A stretch of DNA of 64,000 nucleotides from Monocercomonoides exilis PA203 (Eukaryota > Protista > Preaxostyla): positions 1,674,001 to 1,738,000 of the forward strand of contig LSRY02000012.1 of assembly GCA_001643675.2 (NCBI GenBank), in the 5' to 3' direction. Shown here piece after piece: positions 35,701 to 47,068 of the stretch (position 1 is the stretch's first letter; each line of letters begins with the position of its first letter). Below the pieces are notes generated by a model that saw only the letters and a list, made by a program, of their open reading frames with translations, ran no database searches and had not been told where the DNA came from. A program made the translations under genes and the position numbers.

Positions 35701-37993
35701 AGTGCAACTCTATTCAGCTGTAATCCGGCAATGCAACATTCAAAAAATAGTATCTGTCCAAATGCTGCACAGAAAGGTGATTCTTCAATCGCTGTTTGTA
35801 CAGATTCCGCCAAAAAACCAATGTGAACTCTTTTCAACATTATCACTCCTTTATCATCCCCAGTTACAAAAGTCCTCCCAGAACCATTACTACAATGAAC
35901 AATCTCCACATCAGTTACCTCTAATGTGCATGAAGTTACAGTGAACATCGAGCAGCCTTCAACTATTCCTGCTTTTGTCAGTTGCGTTTGCATGCCTTCT
36001 TCTTTTACTCCTGTGATAGTTGCATTTAATGAGTTCACGTTAACGCCTTTTGCTTCAAAGAGACTGTAATTTCCAATTATAATTATTTCTTGTTTTCCGA
36101 AATCTCCAAAATCAGAAGAAAGAGCACGCTGAAGAGTTTGACATCCCTCTTTTATTGTTAATCCACACATCATAGAGTCTGTGCCATTTTCTTCAAGCAC
36201 ATACCTTCGTAAAATCCCATAAGGAAGCCAATTTTGCTTGTTCCATCCATGATTTGAAAGATATAAGTGGTTCCCTCCTTCCGTAAGTGTAAAAGACTCT
36301 ACAAATGGTGAATCTGTTGAGCAAGCATCACAATTTTCAAGATAGACATCCTTGCCATTTCCGCTATTCCCTTTGAATGCACAAAAATAAAACAATTTTG
36401 GATTCGGCTCTGTGATTCTCGATAAAGATCCAGAAATTCCTCCTCCATTATTATTAGTACTGCATTTCAAGAATACACAACTTCTGAAATTCAAAAAAAT
36501 AGAAGAATAAGCGTATATTTCAATTCCTCCTCCATTATCAATATTTGATTCACATTGAACAAATGAGCAATTATTATATTGAAATGATTTTTCAAGTTCA
36601 TGATCCATGAACATACATGAATTACTAATAGAGGCATCTTGCTGCATCATCACACCTCCTCCATAAGTTTGACAAGAGCAATTCTCAAATTTGATGCAAC
36701 TCATTGAAAGGCATTCACTTGTGTAATACACACATATTCCTCCAGCTTCGAATGATTGAGATTTGCAGCCTATGAATGAAGAATTTGTAATAACAAATCT
36801 TTTAACGAACAAACTCAGAATCGCTCCGCCGTCAGTAATTGTTTCACACTTCGCGAAAATGCAAGATTCAATATTTACTGATGCTGAAGGTTGTCCATTG
36901 ATAAAAATTGCAGCTCCGCTTGAACTTGCAGTTTTGCGCTCATTTCCAGTTAAAGCAGTACATGAATGCCATTTGCATTCTTTGAAGATGTAGTTTTCAT
37001 TTTCTTGAAGAATTTGTTGCTTCATAGTTTTATTATTTGACTCGCCTATTTGTCCTGAGCGGAAGTCATTCAGGAATGTGGTATTAAAAGCACAAATTGA
37101 GTTTCCTTCGTTAATTGATGATATTATTCTTCCATACATTTCATCCTCTACGGTGTTGAAAGTGCAACTAGAAATAAAATTATAACACTTTTGCTGTTCC
37201 CCCTTTTCGTTTTCTTTGCGGCATAATCCAGAGATGTTTCTAAAGAAACAATTAAATAATAAAGCTCTTGACAACGAATTTGAACAAAGAAGTGGATCCT
37301 TTGAGATTGTTTGAAATGAACATAGTGAAGAAAATGCAATAGTGATTCGTCCTTTTGCTCTAAAATTCGCGCAACCAATAGGAGAATCCACAAATGGACG
37401 AATCTTTGAGCATTTATTCATTACATTTGTCGAGACATTCAAAAGAAATAAACTGCCAGAACTTAAAGAAAACGGTGAATTCTGCGAATCGTTTAGAATT
37501 TCAAATATGCAATCCTCAATGTTCAGATTTGAGCACTCGTCCATTAAATGCATTGAATTCTTCTTTATCAACAGTTTGCATTTTCTCCACGAAGCTGTCG
37601 AATTTGATATACGACATTGTATATGAACTGCGCCTGAGGAAAAAGGTATTATCCATTAAAAAAATTTAAAAATCATAAATAATGACAGAAACAAATTTCG
37701 TTGAAAAGGGAAAAAATGTCACAAAAAAAGGAATCATAAACATTAATGGTTTATTAAAGTTAAAAGAATGATATGAGAATTCAAATACTTCTTTTTTCAA
37801 TCAAAGCTTGTTCATTTTTGTTTGCATTTTCAAATCTTTGATAATTCCGATAAACTTTTGAAGTGCAATTTATTTCAGAAGCTTTCCGTGTTGATGAAAA
37901 TTTCTCTGGTTGTGATTCGACTTGCAATAATACTCCTAATAACAATGAATAATGCAAAATGAGTCTCCGAAATAATGCTGATGTTGTTTTCAT
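26763..37993 (-). CDS. Giant type-I membrane protein (~3,690 aa): signal peptide, 7 repeated Cys-motif/beta-helix-like modules, TM helix, cytoplasmic TKL-like pseudokinase
   Basis: Exon 1 37993-37789 (MKTTSALFRRLILHYSLLLGVLLQVES signal) splices in phase 1 to exon 2 from 37633. Repeated CG....(P)C and GGG/GGA-hydrophobic motifs. TM FWVIIVVACAVFIVLLAVIVVLVV. C-lobe motifs LRWKAPE, SFSIGMMLWECLT..IPF and RPTL. Confidence 0.88.
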
Positions 37994-39049
37994 CTTTTGA
38001 AATGAAATCCCAAATAATTGTCTGATCTTTAAATTATATAATTATAAATGCTTGATGTGATATCTTCTAGAGATTTATTAATGGAATTGTTCATGAATAA
38101 ATCATAATTGTTTGAGACAAATTTCTATCTGATTTTGATAAAAAAAATCAGCTGTAACTTTTGAAGCCAAACTTAAAAAATTAATAAATTGGATAGGGAA
38201 ATTTTTTAATCTGAAATGTCATACCATCAAATCAAAATATTGCTGTCAATCAATCAAAAGAAAGATATGTGAAGATCTAAATTCTTAAATAGGTGGAAAA
38301 AAGCATCACATTGGAATATTCAATGTCTTCATAAACAAAGATCATGTAATTATGATAAAGCACATACACTGTGGTTCAGTTCTTGTTTTCGGCTTATTCC
38401 CGCATTTTTCAACAAAAGTGTGATTCTCTTCTATTTGGGTAAATTTCATTTAACATAACGAAATTCAATATTTCTTCGAATAAAGCAAGTGACAAGTATT
38501 TCAGTTTATTAAAAATCGTTGTTTGTCTACTTGAAAGTGCACCTTTCTGCACAACTGACTTTATTTTTTTATTTTATATTATTGATTTGGCATTAAAGTA
38601 ATTACAATTCATTCAGGAAATAAAAGCATATCGAATATATATATAATCCTTATCAAAATATTCTTGCTTATTTGCATTTGTACCCCTGATTGGTATGTGT
38701 TAAATGCAATAAATTAGATTCGTTCAGTTGCAATCCTAGGATTATTCTTCAACAAGTGAGCATATTTTTCATAATCACTGATCGTTGTCCTGTCATAATG
38801 TGTTGCTAAAGTTTTCAAAATTTGATGTTATGTCCATTTTATCAATTTTTTCCTGTTATTGTCCCATTTTGAAAAAAAAATGCCTTTTTCCAACAAATTA
38901 AAATTTTGGAAATAATGCATTCCACATTCGACTGTTATAAAAAAAAATAAAAATTAAAAAAAGAGAATAAATTTTCGAAAATGTAATAAAAATTCTGAAA
39001 AACAACAAATAAATATTTGTTATTAATTCGTAATAAGGAGCATATTATT

Positions 39050-41306
39050 ATGGATGCTGCAGTAAATGCATCTGCTATAAAAATTCAATCGGTTGTTCGA
39101 GGTTATATTGCGAGAAATAGAGTGAGACGAATTAAAAGAATAAATGAGCAAAGAACCAATGTTGCCCTTGAGATCCTTTCAACAGAGCAAGATTATGTTG
39201 CTTCTCTAATGTTGTCTGTGAAGGTACTATTTTTCGATTTTATATTATTAGTTATATCAAATATTTATTTCTAAAACTGTTATTGAAATAAAATTTTTAG
39301 TTTTTTCTTCATCCAATGCTTCAACGATGCAAAAATCAAAATTTCCCGATTAGCAATAAAGAAATCGCAATGATATTTTCAAATATAAACCAACTTATTT
39401 CGTTGAATTCGCGACTGCTCGCTGCAATTGAAGGCCTATTTGAGCATTGGAGCCCAACTAGTTCATTAGCTAAATTATTTTGTAATCAGGTTTTGGAAAC
39501 GTAATTTGCATGTAAATCGATTTTTTGAAAATTAATTCGCACAATACTTATTTAGGCATCGTTTTTGCTTTACTACATTCCCTACCACGAAAGCTTTGGA
39601 AAAGCTTCGACCATCATACGAAGGTTGATGCTACACTCCAAAACATTCAGGAAATTTCATGATGATGCAAGTCAGAAAATGGATTTGTTTATTGAAAATT
39701 TAATAAAAAAACTGGATAAATTTAGATCAAAAGAATTAACGAAAAAAGAATATCATAAAAATGGATTTATTAAACCTATCACGATGACTTCTGTTCGAGC
39801 GATGGAACGTTTATCCGGAGAAGCTGACAGTTTTGATATTCCTTTCATTATTTCGTCTAGCTTTGGAGAATCTCATTCCCTTGAATCTCTTCTGATTAGA
39901 CCCATTCAGCGTATTCCGCGATACATTCTGTTATTCCAACAGCTACTGAAGTATTCCTCGTGGGAAAATGTGCTTAATCCTTATGGCAGAGCGAAAAGTG
40001 ACGAAAAGTCTACTCTTTTAGAATCTCGCTTCTCGCCTTCTGCTTTGCTTAAAAGTAACATCTTGGAGAAACAAGACAAAGAATCATATTTAAATACACC
40101 TTTTGAACATCCAGACAAGATCTTCATTAAGAAAGCACTGAGAGTGTTGAATGAAACAGAATATGTGAACAACTGGAGCATTCACCACAAGCAGAATATT
40201 GAGCGAGTGCTACACATTCAGCAAAGGCTAAGCGGATTTCCTGGAGTTTGTCCAAACTTAAAAGAACTTAATGATTTTTATTTTGTTACTTTATTTTTAA
40301 TTCTTTTCCTGGTTAATCTTGGGCTCCTGCTAAGCTTTTAGCTGTTCCCAACAGAACATTAGAATTCGAATCATTTGCAGTGAAGATAAACAGAGATTCA
40401 ACTTCTCACCGCTTTCTGTTTTTGTTCAACGATCTGTTCCTCATCACTCGCCCTCCGCTTGCCAGCACATTGTTCGGCTTTGCAAATTCAGTGACGGGAG
40501 CATCGTCTGAAGAGTCCCAAGGATCTTCTGCTGCTTCTGCAAGAAATGAAACGAAGCCTTCTGTTTTGTATTCTTCGCTGATTCCTGGCGCCTCGTTTGA
40601 GTTCAAATGGCTTATTCCACTCGATCAGATGGAAGCAGTGTTTTTTGGGTTGGACGACAACGTCGGAGCAAATGGAAAATCAGATGCTTCAACCGACATA
40701 GCCAGCAAAAAAGACATAAAATGTGCTACGACTGCTGAATCTGCTTTCTGTGAAGGCGCGACAAGTTATTGTGAAAGAGATCTATCCACAACCCACGTTC
40801 AAGCAAAGGAAGGAAGCGAAATGAAAGATGATTCAGTTGCAGCAGACGATCAAAACAATGATTGTGGAGCAAAACGGGATCATCGCCAGTCAAGTTCTGC
40901 TCATTCGACCGTTCCATATCCTTATCTTTTGCTGATACTTACTCGCGAACGTTCATTCATGTTTTCATTCAGATCCAGAGAATCTCTGAAAGAGTGGCAC
41001 TTTCACTTTGAGTCAGTCATAAATCCAATCCGGAAAAGACTTTTGAAAGAAATGAACGCCAATCCTTCAGCCGCATCAACGACAGCTGTAGCAACAACAG
41101 ACAACTTCACTTCGAATAACAACAAAGCAATAAGTTCAGATCATCTCTCTAATAATTCATCTTCTTTTCCTCAGCCTTCATCAACTCCACATCCTTCTGT
41201 TCTCAGACCTCGTCTTTCTTTAACAAAAGGATTTTCCCAAAGAGAATTAGAAACAGTTAAATACTCCGAAGAAAATGAAAATGCAACAACTCAACAGCCT
41301 TCTTTG

Positions 41307-41337
<31 letters not shown>

Positions 41338-43469
41338 CTTCTTCTTCTTCTTCTTCTTCTTCTTCTTCTTCTTCTTCTTCTTCTGAGCCTTTTGAGCCTT
41401 CGCCTCTTCGATGCAGCCGGTATGTCCTGTCATATCCTTCATCTGCTGAGAGTTCGATGTTTCTGCCTCTTGTCACAACCGACTTCTGCTCCACAACAAT
41501 CCCTCTTCATCCGCCGCAGAAAGCGACTTTGTGGGAGAAAGCTTTGAGGCCACATTGCCACACATACATTGACTGGAACAAAGTGGAATTTGCCAGCGAA
41601 AAAGAAGGGGTGCTGAGAAGGTTGAGCGAGCGAGACGAAAGGAAAGAGGAGAAGAAGAAAATAAAACAGGAGCAAATGAGAGAAAAGCTGCAGAAGAAAA
41701 AAGAAGAAATCGAGATGAAAAACAAAGAGCAACTGCTTCTGCTGGAAGAAGCGCTGAAAGAGACAGAAGAATTTGAGTTGTGCGACTTGGATGCTGAACT
41801 AATAGCTGAAGAAGAAAAGAAGCAAAGAGAAGAAGCTGAAAAGATTTTGAAGATGACAGATGACTCAGAAGAAGATGATGTTGACATGAGCGCATTTCAA
41901 ATTGGCTTTGAAGACGAAGAAGGCGATGAAAGCTTTGTTTTAGCCTCGTTGGACGGAAACAGCTCAAAAGCGAAGAGAAATTACGACAGAGCAGATGAGA
42001 TCAACGAAGTGTCAGCGCTCGACAAATACCTGTCAGCCAACACGATGGGCGAAGGAGAAGGGAAGAAAGGAAACGCAAATGAAAGTGAATGCTCGTCCAT
42101 ATGCAACGACGAATTTGATTTCATCTCTCTTTCAGAGTTGAGTGTCCCAGTGTTCGATCAGATCAGTGTCTCGCTGCTTCCTTCGTCTGCGCAGTCGGCT
42201 TTCTCTTCTCGTCGTTCGTCGTTGTGCGATGAACCGTACGAAACTTTGCAGAGTGCTTATCCACCACCAGCACACACATCATTCAGCCACACTTCATCTT
42301 TTTTAACTTCGCAGTCTGCTTCGTCAGATCTGCTCCCGTCGTCTTCGACTGACACATCATCAAATTCTGCTTCTTTCTCATCTGAAAGCTCATTCACATC
42401 AAATTCCACTTCAACAAATCAAACCCAAACACACAACTTTCCATCTCTTTCTTCGGCAAATTCTGCTATTGATGCCTTTTCATCGGTTTGTGCTTCGTCA
42501 ACTCAAACATCTCGTTCCTCTTCGCCATCTCGTGATTCAACCGCACTCGCACACTCCTCTTTTCCCAAAGTGTTGCCATCATCTTTGATTTCTTCTCTTC
42601 CTTCCACACAAATTTCTTCTTCTGCTAATGCTTCTTTGCCTTCATCGAGGCATCAATCACTGTCGTCCACAAGTACACAACTCACATTTGAATTGATTCT
42701 GACCAGACTGAACACTCAGCCAGAGCGCGTGATGGGTGTGACAGAAGACGGTATCAATGCACACTCACAATCCCAGTTGATTAAGCTGAGAACTTTAATT
42801 GACAAAGTTGTTGCCTTTTCAAAAGAGGAGGAAATGAAGCAAAAGGAAAGGATTGAACAAAAAGCTACAAAGAAGAGATTGAAGATGCAAAAGCAAAATC
42901 CGACTGATTGCCCAGACAGCAAGCAGGCAAAGGTTATGCTTCCTGTTCCTCCTCCGCCCCTGATTGAGATGCATGACAAAGAAATTGCGCAGACACAGTC
43001 TGGTCATTTAAATAGCATTTCACCTTTTTCTCAACCGCAACAAACATCATTCGTCCAGCCTGCTCCACGCGGTAGATCTGCTTCTTTAATTGACAAGCAA
43101 TTGCTTCGTGCAAAACCGTCAATATGGAAAAGTAATTTAATTTCGTCAAATGCCCCAGCAAGTGCGCCATCATCTTCTTCTCTGGCTTCATCTTTAGATT
43201 CTTCTCTTTCATCATCATCAACAACAACCTCTCTTGCTTCAATCTCGTCTTCTTCCTTTTCATTTTCTCCTTCGTCCTCTTCAACTTCTGTTAGTCGCTC
43301 TCGTTCAACTTTAACGAATGAACCTCCAGCGGCTGCATCCATGCAACTGAAAGATAAGTCACGGCCATCAGCTTCTGTATCCAGATTACGAACAGTAGAT
43401 TTTCATATTAAAAGATCTCACACTTATTCTCCATCTCAAAAGACGTGTCTTAATCCGACTGGTACTTGA
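39050..43469 (+). CDS. RhoGEF with N-terminal IQ motif, DH and split PH domains, and a Ser-rich tail; 4 exons
   Basis: IQSVVRGYIAR (IQ); RTNVALEILSTEQDYV and LESLLIRPIQRIPRYILLFQQLLK...HPD (DH); RFLFLFNDLFLITRP (PH). Exons 39050-39223, 39301-39489, 39556-40245 and 40335-43469, all phase 0. Confidence 0.92.
41310..41384 (+). repeat. (TCT)25 coding trinucleotide repeat (poly-Ser)
   Basis: Perfect run inside RhoGEF exon 4. Confidence 0.95.
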
Positions 43470-44299
43470 AAGCTTCAAAACTAATGTTGATAAAAACATC
43501 ACCTTTGTGTTTGTATGAATTCGTTTTGCTTAAATCCTCTATGCGTTTTGATATTTTTTTTTTTTTTTCATTTCATTTCATTTTATTTTATTTTATTTTT
43601 TTTTATTTTATTTAATTTTATTTTATTTTATTTTTTATTGTAATAGTTATTTTGGTTTTATAGTTTCTTCCTTCTTTCATTTTTTTTAAAAAAAAAATTA
43701 CTAGCTTTACAACTGTTGAAATGTTTTGCGTTTTGAGAGCTATTTATATTTATGACTCCTCTTTGTGTGATATTACTGAAATATTGAGTTATAGAGAAAT
43801 ATGGCATATGCACATTTAACAACTATTTCTAATTCTTGCATATTTCGTTTGTTTATTGTTTATAATCATCATTTGTGATGTTTTAAGTAATTAAAAACAT
43901 GCAGAAGTTCGTTAAAATATTATTTAATTTTTTATAAAATTTTGAAAATGGGTCAAAATTTTAACAAAAAATGAAAAAAATCAGTGATAAAAAATTAAAA
44001 AAATAAAAAAGTTTATCTTTTTGAGTTTTCTGAATGCTCAGAAACAAATAAACGATCGCATGTGTCAATTTTGTCGTTTCCACTTGTTTCACTGTCATTT
44101 GAAATAAGAAAATTATCTAAATCAGTTATTTCTGCCCAATTTTCTTTTGTTTCTTCATCTTCTTCTGCTTCTTCTGTTTGTTTTTATTTGTGAAAAACAA
44201 TTTTCGATACAAATTCTTTGAATCAAACAATCTATCTCTCATTAATCATCCAAAAAGCAAGTTGATCAGCAACATATTTTTCTCGAATGCCATGGGGAC

Positions 44300-44916
44300 G
44301 AAAAAATCTTCGCCTATGGCTCCATAATCCTTCGATTGCATTTGTACATGCATGTGTTTCTTCGTCATAAAATTTTCTTTTATGGAACATTGTTTGATGG
44401 TTGTGTCCAGGACGAGAAAGAGATGAGCATGCCTACCATTCATCTAACATTATTGTTGAATGCGGAAGATTGTGCTTATGAATGATAGGAATCAACTTCG
44501 AAACTGAACGGTCTGGAACAATCATGACAAAAAATTTTTTTGTTTCATCCATTTCACATTTTTTTCGCTCCACTGGTCAAAAGACCCACATTTGTTTCTT
44601 TCTTCTTCCTCAAAACATATTCATCTATTTTTGCAACAATGTTTTCACATTCAAGAATAGTTTCTTTCTGATTTGTAATGTCCATCGCGCAACACCTAAC
44701 AACAGATGACCAATATTCCACAGAGTTCCCATAAATTCCCACCATTTCCGAGCAAAATTTTTCACTAGTACCATTCCAAATAAATAGAATTATTAACAAA
44801 ATCACATTTATTGGTATCCTGCTTCGATAAAATGATGTTTTCATGTGTGCTAATAGCCTATTGCAGCATTTTTTGCAAACCCACATCGTCCTTCCATAAC
44901 GACGCCGAAAATCCAT
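44300..44916 (-). mobile_element. Degenerate Merlin / IS1595 (ISXO2-like) DDE transposase pseudogene
   Basis: ...IVAKIDEYVLRKKK, then after a frameshift FFVMIVPDRSVSKLIPIIHKHNLPHSTIMLDEW*ACSSL..GHNHQTMFH..FYDEETHACTNAIEGLWSH. This follows the ISXO2/Merlin pattern VEIDE / PDR..TL.PII...PGS.I.SD.W / H.TVNH / HTN.IEG.W. Premature TAG at 44433-44435. Confidence 0.85.
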
Positions 44917-45172
44917 TTTGATTCTGTCCTTTCTGTATTTTGGCTTGTTTTTGATGATTTTCTTTAATATCCATTTTTCAGATTTTTCCGAATTGAGAAA
45001 TATTCTGAAAATTAGTTTGAAGGTTTTCCTGACAGAGCAAGTTAATCGTTTGAATCAGACACTTTTTCCATGATTTTTTTTGTTTTTTCAATGATTAAAA
45101 ATCCCATGAATACGTGGGAGAAAATATGAAACTTCAAGCTTTTTTGTTGAAAAATATTGCATCTTATATGGG

Positions 45173-45655
45173 GGAAAATATGGACTTTCAAGCTTTTTAT
45201 GCACAAAGCATTGAAAAATTGTTTCACTTATAACATTTTTAAACTCAACCAGATTTCTAAATAAACAAGATTATCACACCTGTAAACAAACATCATTGAT
45301 ATAATAACATTATGTTTTGTGACATCAAACGTATTTCAATAAATAAACCCATTTATTTCAAATGTTTTGATCACAAAAAGTTCATTTTAAGTGCATAATT
45401 ATTCAATGAAAATGCCTGAAGTCAAATATTTTGTCCCATATGTACTTTTTGTGATCAAAAAATACAGTGAAATTGTTATATATATATATCCGAAAATAAA
45501 TAAAGTCACAAAATATAATGTTTAAATTGTGTTAAAACTTGTTTATTGATGTGAGAAACGTCTTTGTTTTTAAATCTGAAAAATACTTTCAAAGAGATAA
45601 GTGAACCAAAGTTTTTATGACTTGAACAAAAAAAGCTTGAAAGTTTGTATTTTCC
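45173..45655. repeat. Long imperfect palindrome (foldback), ~210-bp arms, ~55-nt spacer
   Basis: Nested inverted matches: GGAAAATA..ACTTTCAAGCTTTTT with AAAAAGCTTGAAAGT..TATTTTCC; TTCACTTAT with ATAAGTGAA; AACATTATGTTTTGTGAC with GTCACAAAATATAATGTT; TTTTGATCACAAAAAGT with ACTTTTTGTGATCAAAA. Confidence 0.88.
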
Positions 45656-47068
45656 ATGAGTAATTAGAATATTTATCCTGATCAAAAAGAAATGAAAGGA
45701 ATTACAAACAACACTTTTTCTTTTTTTGAATTGACCAGACGGAATTGAAACCATCTGATTTGTGGGTATTTCAATATACAAATAAATATCGAAGTTCTTT
45801 CACCAAAATATAAGTGACAATTTTTGAAATCATCACATTTTTCGTAGTGTTTTTTTTTCAATGGTTTTGAATCGTTGGAAAGAAAATATTCATTTTCATG
45901 TTTAAAATTGAAACAACTGCTTCAAAAACAAATGCTTCTGCTGAAATACCGATGAAGATATCTTTAATAAACTTTTTCATATTTGAGTATTCTTTTGTTC
46001 GATTCTAATGTTCTTTTTTTGCGAACCGAAATTTTGAATAGAAAATTGTGATATCAAAAATAATCACCCATATGCAGAAAATATTTCTATATTTGAACAA
46101 TCTTTTGTGTCAATTATCCTATAATCTCTTTATTGCAAGCGTATTTATCTGAACAAAAATGGATTGAAAATGCAATTATTCAGTCAATCAATTAATGTCA
46201 TATCGAACGAAAATGTTACCGTCAGCTTGTTATCATTTTTTGTTTTTTCTTTTGTTCATTCAATGTATTTTTTCGAAAAAGATAATTATCGGAAAAATTG
46301 AAATGTATCATTTTTTATAACAAAAATGTGAAAAGGATTTGTTATATTGACTTGAACATTTCAAAATGGGTCATTCTTTTTGAAAAGTCGCAAACGTTTA
46401 ACTGATCTGAAAATAAGATCAAAAATGATCAAAAAATATTGATCATTCCGTTCCCATATAAATTTGATTAATGATATTTATGGTTATTTATTTCGCTTTA
46501 TTAAGAAAAACAGGATACAATTTGGTTGAAATAATAAAAATTTTAAACTTTATTTTGTTATACACTTATGTGAGCGAGTGCTTTCCAGTTATTTGAATCA
46601 GATGATACAAATGTTTTTATTTCCTCATTTTCATTTCATTATTTCGAATATTCGTTATGAATTCATGGATGTTCTCTAAGTTTTTATTATTTTCTTTTGT
46701 TGCAAACCAAATAAAATTGATTTGCTTTAATTCGAAAATTTTTCATTAAAAAATTATCAGTTAGGAAAAGTTTATCAAAAATACACTCGTAACAATCGGA
46801 AGATATTTAAAAAGGAGTTGGCATAAAGCAATTATTAATGCAATTCTCGAAAAATATGGAATGAAGTATTATTTCTCAAAATATATCACAATCTTTTCAA
46901 AACTCAAAAAAACAAATTTTCCTCAAATTTAGATTCAAACAGTTTGTTTCAACTGGTTCTTTCTTCTCAGAATGTGCCTTTTTCTTCTCTCTTCCATTTT
47001 ATATAAATACATTTTTGAAAGATATCCTGCTTCAAATATTTTTATTGCACGAAAAATGAAGATTTACG

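Noticed and set aside
26698-37669. Numerous plus-strand ORFs opposite the giant receptor
   Set aside because: Antisense ORFs with no motifs or coherent structure.
43950-45437. Candidate Merlin TIR pair GGGTCAAAATTTT / AAATATTTTGTCCC around the transposase
   Set aside because: Only ~12 bp of imperfect match and no 8-9-bp TSD; element ends cannot be fixed by eye.
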